IMG/VR virus record: IMGVR_UViG_3300022561_001209
DNA: 27,749 nucleotides
Origin: a virus
Lineage: Duplodnaviria; Heunggongvirae; Uroviricota; Caudoviricetes
Strand: one strand, 5' to 3'
Positions within the stretch are counted from its first letter, which is position 1. Each line of letters opens with the position of its first letter. Shown here piece by piece: positions 8,594 to 16,900 of the stretch. The position numbers and the translations under genes were made by a program. Below the pieces are notes generated by a model. It saw only the letters and a list, made by a program, of their open reading frames with translations. It was not told the DNA's origin and searched no databases.

Positions 8594-8609
8594 GTCTTAC
8601 CTCCGTAAG

Positions 8610-8864
8610 TTATTCATGTATCATTTCTTTTTCATATTCTAAAATCTGTTCCCATGTCAACCACTCTGGTTTTTCATTGTCACCGAAATTATTCCATAAG
8701 TCTTTCATATTCTGTATATGTTCTTTTTCATCTAATGACCATAAACATTTAGCATCTCTATAACCATATCCTAAATAATATTCACAATCACTTCTCATTC
8801 TGTCTAACATTTGATACTGAAATTTTTTGTTTCCGTCGTCTAAAATTTCTTGTATTTTACTCAT
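8610..8864 (-). CDS. LPD11 (large polyvalent protein-associated domain 11) protein
   Basis: YQMLDRMRSDCEYYLG...LW...IQNMKDLWNNF...KPEWLTWEQI matches the LPD11 pattern as I recall it. Confidence 0.75.
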   Translation of the reverse strand: MSKIQEILDDGNKKFQYQMLDRMRSDCEYYLGYGYRDAKCLWSLDEKEHIQNMKDLWNNFGDNEKPEWLTWEQILEYEKEMIHE

Positions 8865-8915
8865 GTTTTACCTCCGTAAATTAATTCATTATTTATATGT
8901 TTATTACAATATTCT

Positions 8916-9194
8916 CTATATTTCTGCAGCTATGTAATCAACTATGTAATCAACTATTTCTGAACTATTATTACTGTCTATATGACTAAAATCTATTATT
9001 ATTTCTTTCAATAGATGTTTATTCACTTCTTCATCTGTTCCATATATTGCTATGGCTAGTGAATCATAAATATTTATTTTAAATTCCATAGTATCTTCAA
9101 ATAATTCTGCACTATATGCAACTCCATCGTATTTGTAATATATATCTCTTTCCAATTCTTTTTTCACATTATTTTCTATATAGCATTTGTCCAT
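8916..9194 (-). CDS. Hypothetical protein
   Basis: 92-aa ORF with a 12-bp tandem duplication near the 3' end (VDYI VDYI). Confidence 0.65.
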   Translation of the reverse strand: MDKCYIENNVKKELERDIYYKYDGVAYSAELFEDTMEFKINIYDSLAIAIYGTDEEVNKHLLKEIIIDFSHIDSNNSSEIVDYIVDYIAAEI

Positions 9195-9214
9195 TGTTTG
9201 TTAACCCCCATAAA

Positions 9215-9760
9215 CTATATTGCGTAAATTCTTTCTAATTTGTCTAGTTCGTTATTTCCATTGTACTTTTCAACTAATATCTTTACTCCACATTTTAAAC
9301 TTTTCTTTACATCAATTATATTTTGATTATTTGAACCTCTGAATAATAATCCAAAGCTATGGTTTTTCATTTCAAATTTTCCGTCTACTAATACATCAAT
9401 GTAATTTAAAAATTCTCTTTTATCTTCATCTTCTAATATTTGTTCAAATGTATATCCACTGTAACACCATGTATTCATATGTGTATTTTCTTTAATGTGT
9501 TTAGCTATTTCTGTACAAGCCTTAGCCTGTTCCATTGGGTCTCCACCACTAAATGTAATTCCGCTCTGTAGTTTTAGCCCTTTTATTTGGTCTATAATTT
9601 CTGATGTACTATATTCAGTTCCGTCGCAAAAATCGTGAGTTCCGTTATTATGACAACCTACACAATTATGTTTACATCCTTGTGTCCATATAATTGTTCT
9701 TAGTCCTGGTCCATCAACTATACTGTCATTTTGTAGTTCGCTTGATAATCTTATTTTCAT
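9215..9760 (-). CDS. nrdG: Anaerobic ribonucleotide reductase activating enzyme (radical SAM)
   Basis: SIVDGPGLRT, QGCKHNCVGC (CxxxCxxC), TFSGGDP, DVLVDGKF, FRGSNNQ. Confidence 0.96.
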   Translation of the reverse strand: MKIRLSSELQNDSIVDGPGLRTIIWTQGCKHNCVGCHNNGTHDFCDGTEYSTSEIIDQIKGLKLQSGITFSGGDPMEQAKACTEIAKHIKENTHMNTWCYSGYTFEQILEDEDKREFLNYIDVLVDGKFEMKNHSFGLLFRGSNNQNIIDVKKSLKCGVKILVEKYNGNNELDKLERIYAI

Positions 9761-9909
9761 CTGTACACCGCCTTATATTTTTAGTTTCGAAATGTATGAA
9801 TAATAACTTAAGTTATTTGTATTCTTAAATTTAAAAATTTAATTTTCTAATTACATATAACTAATAGCAATGCTTTTAAGCTTTTAAACTCATATTTTTT
9901 AAAAATAAA

Positions 9910-9936
9910 AAAATACACTGAGTTTCAGTGTATTTT
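9910..9936 (-). terminator. Intrinsic terminator
   Basis: AAAATACACTGA-AAC-TCAGTGTATTTT hairpin followed by a long T-run on the minus strand. Confidence 0.85.
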
Positions 9937-9965
9937 AACGTATTAAATTGTATTACACAATATTT

Positions 9966-10403
9966 TTAGTTTATTTCGTATAAACAATTAACTAATTCAT
10001 CTATATTGCTTACTTTTTCAAACTGGCCTCGCATATTTTTTTTAATAAATATCTCATTTTCATCGGTAATTTTCACATTTACTTCTACAATATTGTATAC
10101 AATAATTATGATATTAACTTCTTTGAATGTCTCTTCTAAGCTTATTTCATTTACACCTAAATAGTTTTTCATATATTTCTTAGCTTCTGCATACCCTCTA
10201 AAATCTTCATACTTTCCTTCATATCTAAATCTGTATAATTCTTCACTATCATCTTTATTTAAATTACTAAATGTTTCCTCTACCAACTCTATTGAATCGT
10301 ACCCATTTATGCTATAATTTGTATATGTTTGTATATTCCTTATTATTCTACCGTCTATATTACCTAATTTCTTCACTATTTCTTTTAATGTATAACTGTC
10401 CAT
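9966..10403 (-). CDS. Hypothetical protein
   Basis: 145-aa ORF with AAAGGAG RBS. Confidence 0.7.
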   Translation of the reverse strand: MDSYTLKEIVKKLGNIDGRIIRNIQTYTNYSINGYDSIELVEETFSNLNKDDSEELYRFRYEGKYEDFRGYAEAKKYMKNYLGVNEISLEETFKEVNIIIIVYNIVEVNVKITDENEIFIKKNMRGQFEKVSNIDELVNCLYEIN

Positions 10404-10415
10404 TTTTATTCTCCT

Positions 10416-10697
10416 TTAATCTTCTTCATCTTCTATATGATTCCACAAATACTGTTTTACTTCATTTTCTACCAGTCTTTTTACCTCTATCAACACTATG
10501 TCGTCTACCTTATCTTCATAATTTATATCTTGGAAATAATTATTATTCCTAAGTTCATCTACAGATGTTTTTGTAAGTGTTCTAGTATTTAATAACCAAA
10601 GTTCATCATATTTATCTAGTATTAGTTCATAAATCCCTACCTCAATGTAAGGATGTCCATAAGGTGAGAATTTTACTCTCTTTCCTACTCCTGACAT
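10416..10697 (-). CDS. Hypothetical protein
   Basis: 93-aa ORF with GAGG RBS. Confidence 0.7.
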   Translation of the reverse strand: MSGVGKRVKFSPYGHPYIEVGIYELILDKYDELWLLNTRTLTKTSVDELRNNNYFQDINYEDKVDDIVLIEVKRLVENEVKQYLWNHIEDEED

Positions 10698-10719
10698 TTC
10701 GTCACTTCCTCTTTTTTAT

Positions 10720-11189
10720 TTAAATATTTAATTTTTCTAATATATAGTTTTCTGTATCATTTTCAGTATTAAATTGCCTTAACACTGTTCCAATACCATT
10801 TTTAGTGTATGCTCTCCAATAATTCTGTCTGCCATCAGCATATGTTTTTTTATAACACTTATTGAGTTATCACCCTTGTCCAATATATTCCAACGTGTGT
10901 TTGTGTCTACATATTTGTATTCAAATTCTTCTAGTGTTTCCTCTCTAACTCTATAATTCTCTCGTAAACACTCTATCACTTCTTCCAGTGTATTCATGTC
11001 TTCTGCAAAATTCCAACCTGTTACTGTCCAAAAATCCCGACCTGTCATTGTCCAAAAATTGTGTCCCTCTCCTTCAATGTATTCTATCAATAAATCCTTA
11101 TCATTACCATTAATTTTCTTGCACAATTTACTGACTATTTTACTTTGTATATATAATCCATTTGAATCAATTAAACTTTCAATAGACAT
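10720..11189 (-). pseudogene. Hypothetical gene with probable 1-bp frameshift in an A7 run
   Basis: Adding one A to the run at 10845-10851 gives ...SVIKKTYADGRQNYWRAYTKNGIGTVLRQFNTENDTENYILEKLNI ending at TAA 10722-10720, close to the next RBS. Also contains a 24-bp imperfect tandem repeat (FWTMTGRD/FWTVTGWN). Confidence 0.6.
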
Positions 11190-11233
11190 TTTATTTCCTC
11201 CATTTGGATTATTTTAAACTCAAATCTCACTAT

Positions 11234-11284
11234 CTGTAGTTTTTACTAGTATGTCAAATCAAATACTGTTTCAAATTAGTCTAT
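11234..11284 (-). promoter_or_regulatory. Phage-specific promoter-like motif, degenerate copy
   Basis: Minus strand ATAGACTAATTTGAAACAGTATTTGATTTGACATACTAGTAAAAACTACAG; retains the ATACTAGTAA core and AC-AAT upstream. Confidence 0.5.
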
Positions 11285-11709
11285 ACTCTAGATGCACAAG
11301 TAGGTCCAAGTCCCCTTTTAATACTTTCTGGGTCTGTTAAAGGTCTTCCACATCTACCACAAGTTCCTAAATTATAAATATTAACACCTATTTCTCTTCT
11401 CCCGTTTAATAAACTGTTTAATATATATAATAATGCTTTTATTGAAATACTGTCTTTAGTGTAATTACCAGATTTACCTTGAAAAAATTCAAATTCTTTT
11501 TTACTGTTTTTATTATTTAGAAATATAACACCTGCATAAATAAAATCTAAATATCCTTTGTCTACATTAATAAAGAACATATTTTCTTTGTCCTTATTTT
11601 TATTTATTACATACGTAAACTTAACTTCTGTCTTTTTACTTTCTATTGAACATTCACATTTTCCAGCTGTTAAAAATTCTAATGCATATTCATCATCTAT
11701 TCTATCCAA
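11281..11709 (-). CDS. DUF6011-domain phage protein
   Basis: C-terminal GTCGRCGRPLTDPESIKRGLGPTC signature; TTG start behind GAGGTG. Confidence 0.8.
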   Translation of the reverse strand: MDRIDDEYALEFLTAGKCECSIESKKTEVKFTYVINKNKDKENMFFINVDKGYLDFIYAGVIFLNNKNSKKEFEFFQGKSGNYTKDSISIKALLYILNSLLNGRREIGVNIYNLGTCGRCGRPLTDPESIKRGLGPTCASRV

Positions 11710-11756
11710 AACTAATCACCTCGGTATTTTATGTTACTTCTGAATTTTAAAATTTC

Positions 11757-11789
11757 TTAGTTGACACACTATTTCTGTGTGTCAACTAA
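11757..11789. repeat. Perfect 13-bp inverted repeat (stem-loop) overlapping the transglutaminase stop
   Basis: TTAGTTGACACAC-7 nt-GTGTGTCAACTAA; no clear U-tract. Confidence 0.8.
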
Positions 11790-13163
11790 TTCTAATTTCA
11801 ATGAATTTTTTGCTAGTTTCTCTAATTTTAAATTTTTATATTTTATATCTTTTGCAACTTGTTCTGTATCTTTATTCCAAGTTCTATATTTCTCTTCAAA
11901 TTCAGGTGTAGTTAATAAATGTTTATCATTATTTAATGTATCGTTCCATGTTGAATCTACGTAATACCAACCTAGTTTTCCACCTACTTCTATATATACA
12001 GAATTCCACACATGTGCTATTTGTGGATATTTTCCGTAACCCCTTACTTTTATTACAGGTATATCTAGTTCTTCTGCTAACAATGTAAATAAGTTTGCAT
12101 ATCCTTGACACACCGATTTTTTAGTATTTATTGCACCGTACGCTGTATTTGAACTATCATAAGCATTTTGTAAATCTGATATTTTATAATCATTTTTATA
12201 ACTTACTAAACTTCTTATCTCTTTATCTATTAGTTTTACCTTTTCTTCATCTGTAGGATTCTCTAATTTATATACTTTTTCTTCAATATATTTTATATAC
12301 CCATCTATTATTTCTTGTTCTTCTGTAGAAATTTTATCTTTTATACTCATACCAAATCTGAATTCATTATCACTTTCTTTACTTTTCCATGCTTGAATTT
12401 CTTTAGTTCCTGTGAATACTCCATCTAGTATGTCTGCTATTTCATAATAAAATTTGTCTATATCTTTATTTATATTTTTGTTATATTCTTTTAGTTTAAT
12501 AAGTCTTATTGATGTTTCATTTTTAATGTCTTCATCGTAAATTTCTTTAGCCACTCTATAAAGTGTCATATCTTCTTGATTTATTATTTCTTCTATTCCT
12601 ACTTTAGGTATAATATCAATACTATTATTTTCTATATTTATTGAATAATCTAAATCAGCATATTCTACAATTCTATTTAATGGTATATAAAATATTCCTT
12701 CATCTATAAATCCTTCAGTTCCATCTACTATAATTTTCAATTCTTCCAAATCTTTATCTGCTTCTTTGTTAGATATTGTTATTGAACTTGTTTCTCCATC
12801 CCAAACTATATCATACTTGAGCATATTTACAATCTCTTTAGCTGAAATAAATATGTCTTTAGACTTACATACTAAAGGTTTAATATTTACCTCACTGTCT
12901 TTATATATGTTTATCAATAATTTATTGTTTAATGTACAATCTTCTTTTCCTATTTTATCTACTTCTATATTTCCCTCGTTTAAAGTCTCCTGTGTTAACT
13001 CTTCAGTTAAATCGTTACCTAAGTTTATCTGGGTATCTACGTTCACTGTTTCAGCACTGTTTTCGACTGCTGAGTATTTTTGAATTGTTTCTTTAGCTTG
13101 AGCATTTACCCCTATTCCTAGTATTGTAAATGCAATAACTGAAGATATCAAAAATCTCTTCAT
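11769..13163 (-). CDS. Secreted transglutaminase-like (Cys-His-Asp) protein with a copper-amine-oxidase N-terminal-like (stalk) domain
   Basis: Signal peptide MKRFLISSVIAFTILGIGVNAQA; FISAKEIVNMLKYDIVWDGETSSITI...FYIPLNRIVE stalk-like region; VCQGYA, HVWN and YVDSTWND triad motifs. Confidence 0.85.
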   Translation of the reverse strand: MKRFLISSVIAFTILGIGVNAQAKETIQKYSAVENSAETVNVDTQINLGNDLTEELTQETLNEGNIEVDKIGKEDCTLNNKLLINIYKDSEVNIKPLVCKSKDIFISAKEIVNMLKYDIVWDGETSSITISNKEADKDLEELKIIVDGTEGFIDEGIFYIPLNRIVEYADLDYSINIENNSIDIIPKVGIEEIINQEDMTLYRVAKEIYDEDIKNETSIRLIKLKEYNKNINKDIDKFYYEIADILDGVFTGTKEIQAWKSKESDNEFRFGMSIKDKISTEEQEIIDGYIKYIEEKVYKLENPTDEEKVKLIDKEIRSLVSYKNDYKISDLQNAYDSSNTAYGAINTKKSVCQGYANLFTLLAEELDIPVIKVRGYGKYPQIAHVWNSVYIEVGGKLGWYYVDSTWNDTLNNDKHLLTTPEFEEKYRTWNKDTEQVAKDIKYKNLKLEKLAKNSLKLELVDTQK

Positions 13164-13182
13164 CTTCTATCCCTCTATTACA

Positions 13183-13434
13183 TTAAATTTTTCTTTTTAT
13201 TTTTTCTATTGTATCCTTTAAACTATTTGAATTACAACTTGAATACATAAATAAATCATATTCTATATTATCTGTATTCCAAACCCCTACCTTATACACA
13301 CCAGTTTTTTCATTTAATTCTATTTTTATTTGTTCCACATCTAAATAACTTTGCATGTTATTTGAATATGGAACAAATAAATTTTCACTGATATATACTT
13401 CTTTTCCTTTTAATTTTTTAAATGTTACTTCCAT
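13183..13434 (-). CDS. Hypothetical protein
   Basis: ORF track 13183..13461; ATG 13434 follows GAGG at better spacing. Confidence 0.6.
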   Translation of the reverse strand: MEVTFKKLKGKEVYISENLFVPYSNNMQSYLDVEQIKIELNEKTGVYKVGVWNTDNIEYDLFMYSSCNSNSLKDTIEKIKRKI

Positions 13435-13435
13435 T

Positions 13436-13648
13436 CTATTTTCCTCTACTTTTAAATACATAGTCTAATCTGAATTCACACCGTCTTGTTTCGGGATTAT
13501 ATATAAAATCTTTTTCATAAATGCATCCTATGCATCCATTATGTAATGATTCATTTAAATTGCACTTGTGCAACGAGCTCTCTATTTTCAACATTCCCTT
13601 ATTGACCTTTTCTACTTCATATTCACTGTATTTAAACTTCATTATCAT
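13436..13648 (-). CDS. Small Cys/His-rich protein, paralog 1 of 3
   Basis: YEVEKV...HKC...NGCIGC.Y..DFIYNPETRRCE pattern shared with 14359 and 14592. Confidence 0.7.
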   Translation of the reverse strand: MIMKFKYSEYEVEKVNKGMLKIESSLHKCNLNESLHNGCIGCIYEKDFIYNPETRRCEFRLDYVFKSRGK

Positions 13649-13659
13649 ATTGTAAGCCT

Positions 13660-13797
13660 CTATAGGTTTCTTATTATTTCAATTATTTCCTCAATAGCGC
13701 CATAGGCTATTTGAGAGTAATCAGTTGACATATCATCTCTGTAGTTTTCATATTCTTCAACTAATTCTTTTAATTTTGCTACTGTATTTTCATCCAT
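13660..13797 (-). CDS. Small hypothetical protein (45 aa)
   Basis: AAGGAG RBS, ATG 13797, MDENTVAKLKELVEEYENYRDDMSTDYSQIAYGAIEEIIEIIRNL. Confidence 0.7.
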   Translation of the reverse strand: MDENTVAKLKELVEEYENYRDDMSTDYSQIAYGAIEEIIEIIRNL

Positions 13798-13812
13798 TTT
13801 ATTTCTCCTTGC

Positions 13813-14261
13813 TCAATATAAGTTATCTTCTGTTGCTTCTATTTCTCTGAAGTATGAAAATTCTAGCCTATAATCTATCTGCCCATTTATTCGTAAATAT
13901 CCTTCAAATGTTATTTTCTCATCATCATATTTCTTAACTAACTTCTTTATTTTATTTCTGTCAACTTCTACTTCCTCTGTTTCCCTGTAAATATCCTGTA
14001 TTATCTTGTTACTTCCTACATAAGATTTGTATTTAAATCTTCTGTATGTATTTTAAATGCATAGTCATATGCCTCAATAGTTTCAACATCGTTAGATAAG
14101 TATATACACATGTTTCTTGGATTTTAACCTAAATATTTCTCAAATATATTATCCAATATCTCTGTATCTTCATAGGAGTATTCATATGAGTTACATCCTA
14201 TAATTCCAGACTCTAAAATACTGTCTTTATTTTCTTTCCAAGTTCCATGGTACAGTATCAT
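13813..14261 (-). pseudogene. Disrupted gene with ADP-ribosyltransferase-like N-terminal LYHGT motif
   Basis: RBS and ATG 14261: MILYHGTWKENKDSILESGI...KYLG[TAA 14126-14124]NPRNMCIYLSND...DLNTNL, then a 1-bp frameshift near 14022 into YVGSNKIIQDIY...EDNLY ending at TGA 13815-13813. Confidence 0.7.
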
Positions 14262-14358
14262 TTTCTTTACCTACCTTTTAATTAAGTGTTATTTCATAAT
14301 CATCACATATTACCTTATTGAAGTTATCTTTCAATTCATTGTTTATTCTCTGAGTATT

Positions 14359-14577
14359 TTAACCTATTTCCTCACATTTATGTGTTTTTGTATTGTATAA
14401 ATACATGTACATATCCGGATTATATTTATAATCACATGAGTATCCACAATTTCTACAACCGTTTTCTAAATTACTATCTTGAGGACATTGGTGCTCTATA
14501 CTGTCTATTATTATTTCACCGTCTCCTGTGTTTTCTACCTCATATTCACCATCTATAAATGTTGCCTTATAACTCAT
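14359..14577 (-). CDS. Small Cys/His-rich protein, paralog 2 of 3
   Basis: MSY...YEVENTGDGEIII...HQCPQD..LENGCRNC.Y..DYKYNP...CEEI. Confidence 0.75.
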   Translation of the reverse strand: MSYKATFIDGEYEVENTGDGEIIIDSIEHQCPQDSNLENGCRNCGYSCDYKYNPDMYMYLYNTKTHKCEEIG

Positions 14578-14591
14578 ATTAGTGAACCTTC

Positions 14592-14780
14592 TTAGATTTC
14601 TTCACAATTACCTGTTTTAGGATTATATTTGTAATCTGCTACATAAGCACAATATTTACAACCATACTCCAAGTCTCCATCAAGTGGACAATAGTGTTCC
14701 TCACCGTTAATTATTATGTTATCATTACCTACGTTTTCAACTTCATAATCATTACCAAAATATTCTACTATATAACTCAT
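14592..14780 (-). CDS. Small Cys/His-rich protein, paralog 3 of 3
   Basis: MSY...YEVENVGNDNIII...HYCPLD..LEYGCKYC.Y..DYKYNPKTGNCEEI. Confidence 0.75.
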   Translation of the reverse strand: MSYIVEYFGNDYEVENVGNDNIIINGEEHYCPLDGDLEYGCKYCAYVADYKYNPKTGNCEEI

Positions 14781-15046
14781 TGTATACCTTCTATTATCAT
14801 TATTTCATCTTTATCATAAATATCTACGTTCTTTGATAATTCACACATTTCATTTACATTATATACTGTAAATGTTAATGATTTATAATAACCATCAAAT
14901 AATTCTTTGCTTATATTAAATAAGTATCTATCATCATCTGAATTTTGGTCACTAAACTTCCTGTCCTTGTAAAATCCCTGTAGTTCTTCATATTCTTTTT
15001 TAGCTTGTTTTATTTCCTCATCATATTTAACTACATCGTTCTTCAT
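14777..15046 (-). CDS. Hypothetical protein
   Basis: 89-aa ORF; ATGA overlap with the next gene. Confidence 0.65.
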   Translation of the reverse strand: MKNDVVKYDEEIKQAKKEYEELQGFYKDRKFSDQNSDDDRYLFNISKELFDGYYKSLTFTVYNVNEMCELSKNVDIYDKDEIMIIEGIQ

Positions 15047-15056
15047 TCTATACCTC

Positions 15057-15386
15057 TCAAATTGCCATATTTAATCCAATACACTCAAGTTCATCGTCAA
15101 CCTTATTTATGAACTCCTCATCAGGTTCTGTATCATAACCAAATGAGAAACATCTTCCAGGTTCCTCATCTGATTGATTTTCTAATGCAACTGATTTCAA
15201 GCCTAAATAAACAACATTCTCATCATTATGTTTATCTGTCATTACTATAGACCATCCATCATTTAATACGTACTTAATTTAATATCCTGTATTATTGTTT
15301 AAAAATTTCAATAATTGCTTTATTTCCTCAGCCGTTAATTCCTCTGTGTTTAAATTTAATATTCTTTCTTTTAACTTATCTTCCAT
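15057..15386 (-). pseudogene. 109-codon gene with one in-frame TAA
   Basis: GGGG RBS and ATG 15386: MEDKLKERILNLNTEELTAEEIKQLLKFLNNNTGY[TAA 15281-15279]IKYVLNDGWSIV, continuing in frame into the ORF-track 15057..15242, which has no RBS of its own. Confidence 0.75.
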
Positions 15387-15404
15387 CCCCATACCCCTTA
15401 GCAA

Positions 15405-15734
15405 TTAATAAACTCTTACGTTGTATTTTCTATTTAAGCATATATCTAAGAAAGCTAATAGTTCACCTACTATTTCTGCTTCACTATAATTAATGTCTGT
15501 TAAATTCTCTAAGTCACCAATTATATTTTGTATGTCCCCTTTATCTAACCAAAGTGAACCAAATTCCATATCATCTTTTTCTAAATTCCAACCTATTTTC
15601 TTCATAACCTGTCTTTCAGCTTTGTTGAATGCTATGCCACCTTTTTCGCAATTAAATGTTTTAACCCCTTTAAAGTGTGTTGTATTAGCATAATTTGATA
15701 TCTTTCCTACTCTTTCCATTGGATACAATTTCAT
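15405..15734 (-). CDS. Hypothetical protein
   Basis: 109-aa ORF with ACGGAGG RBS. Confidence 0.7.
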   Translation of the reverse strand: MKLYPMERVGKISNYANTTHFKGVKTFNCEKGGIAFNKAERQVMKKIGWNLEKDDMEFGSLWLDKGDIQNIIGDLENLTDINYSEAEIVGELLAFLDICLNRKYNVRVY

Positions 15735-15773
15735 TTTCTTCTTCCTCCGTAAATTCTAGTTTGTATTTTGTAT

Positions 15774-15986
15774 TTATTTTATATTGAATCTGTATGACCT
15801 ACCTTTAACTTCATCTACTAAAATATAATCATTATTTTCATTAATTGAATTCATAATCTTATTCTTAGGTGTTGTTCCCCTCAATATGTCAGCTATTTCC
15901 TCTCTGTCCACATCTTTAATTTCCCCTAAGTAATTTTCGTTATCACCTTTTATTTCGTAAATACCCCAATCACACTTTACTCTCAT
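15774..15986 (-). CDS. Hypothetical protein
   Basis: 70-aa ORF with GGAGAGG RBS. Confidence 0.65.
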   Translation of the reverse strand: MRVKCDWGIYEIKGDNENYLGEIKDVDREEIADILRGTTPKNKIMNSINENNDYILVDEVKGRSYRFNIK

Positions 15987-15999
15987 ATGCCTCTCCGTA

Positions 16000-16383
16000 T
16001 TACAGAATATCGTTTAATGACTTTTCTATCCAAGTCCTTGTTCTTAAACCACCATTGTAAGTTTCCACATCTACTCTAGACATTCCTTCAAAATCATCTC
16101 CGATTATATAACAGCTAAAGTTATTATCGTCGATTGCTCTTTCTTTTAAATTAGCTAGTAAATAAATATAACTCCCTTCCATAGTTTTTATTATATGAAA
16201 TACTCTTATACTGTTAGTATTTAATTCTCTACATTTCTCAATTAACTCTGAGTTTAATTTGTATATGTAACATTCAGGCTCTACTGATAATGTTATGTTC
16301 CCTTTATTTAATTCTATTAGTATATAATCATGCACACTTAAAAATTTTAGTGATGCCACACTTATTAAGTGAAGTGCGTCCAT
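16000..16383 (-). CDS. Hypothetical protein
   Basis: 127-aa ORF with AGGAGG RBS. Confidence 0.7.
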   Translation of the reverse strand: MDALHLISVASLKFLSVHDYILIELNKGNITLSVEPECYIYKLNSELIEKCRELNTNSIRVFHIIKTMEGSYIYLLANLKERAIDDNNFSCYIIGDDFEGMSRVDVETYNGGLRTRTWIEKSLNDIL

Positions 16384-16400
16384 TTTTGTTTCCTCCTATT

Positions 16401-16616
16401 TTATTGTAATAGGTGTACTCTATAATTTACAAAGTCTCCTTCGTCATATATATTGTATCCACCACTTCCGTCTTCCTCTATTTCCAATTCACCTATTGTT
16501 ACATCATCTCTTAATTGTTCTACTATTTCTGTAATATGTTTGTTGTAAAATCTTCCTACGTGTTTTTCATCTCCATCAATTACCTCGTAAACGTCATAAG
16601 TCTCTCTTGCTATCAT
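16401..16616 (-). CDS. Hypothetical protein
   Basis: 71-aa ORF with AGGAGG RBS; first gene behind motif copy 2. Confidence 0.7.
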   Translation of the reverse strand: MIARETYDVYEVIDGDEKHVGRFYNKHITEIVEQLRDDVTIGELEIEEDGSGGYNIYDEGDFVNYRVHLLQ

Positions 16617-16642
16617 CTTATTTCCCTCCTGGTTTGATTTTC

Positions 16643-16690
16643 ACATAGTTACTAGTATATTATTTTAACTATGGATTTAGATTTGTTTAA
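16643..16690 (-). promoter_or_regulatory. Phage-specific promoter-like motif, copy 2
   Basis: Minus strand TTAAACAAATCTAAATCCATAGTTAAAATAATATACTAGTAACTATGT; ungapped match to copy 1. Confidence 0.7.
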
Positions 16691-16714
16691 ATTCCATTTC
16701 TGTATTATAGCCCA

Positions 16715-16895
16715 TTGAGTTATAAGTTAACTTTTACCGGTACACTTAATTTAAAAAGTATTAAATTGTACGATATAAACTTATTTTAAACTTATTTTAA
16801 AAATTATAATAAATTATACTAACTTGTCTTTTTATATTCTTTGTTTAATTTATTAAGTCTTTAAATTATTTAAAAGTTAAACTCAACTTGTTATA
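16715..16895 (-). ncRNA. Candidate structured non-coding RNA (rod-like, nested long-range helices)
   Basis: Begins just after a perfect sigmaA promoter, has no RBS or ORF, and shows four nested complementary segment pairs (see findings). Confidence 0.45.
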
Positions 16896-16900
16896 TTAAC

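Noticed and set aside
11761-11790. Plus-strand TTGACA as an antisense promoter
   Set aside because: There is no -10 box at 17 bp; the hexamer is one arm of the 13-bp inverted repeat.
11929-12111. Minus-strand 60-aa ORF nested in the transglutaminase gene
   Set aside because: It is an out-of-frame overlap with the catalytic region of a well-supported gene and has no RBS.
14278-14361. 26-codon in-frame continuation after the stop of the 14359 paralog
   Set aside because: The adjacent paralog (14592) ends at the equivalent CEEI position, so this TAA is probably the real stop; the extension is more likely a remnant or chance.
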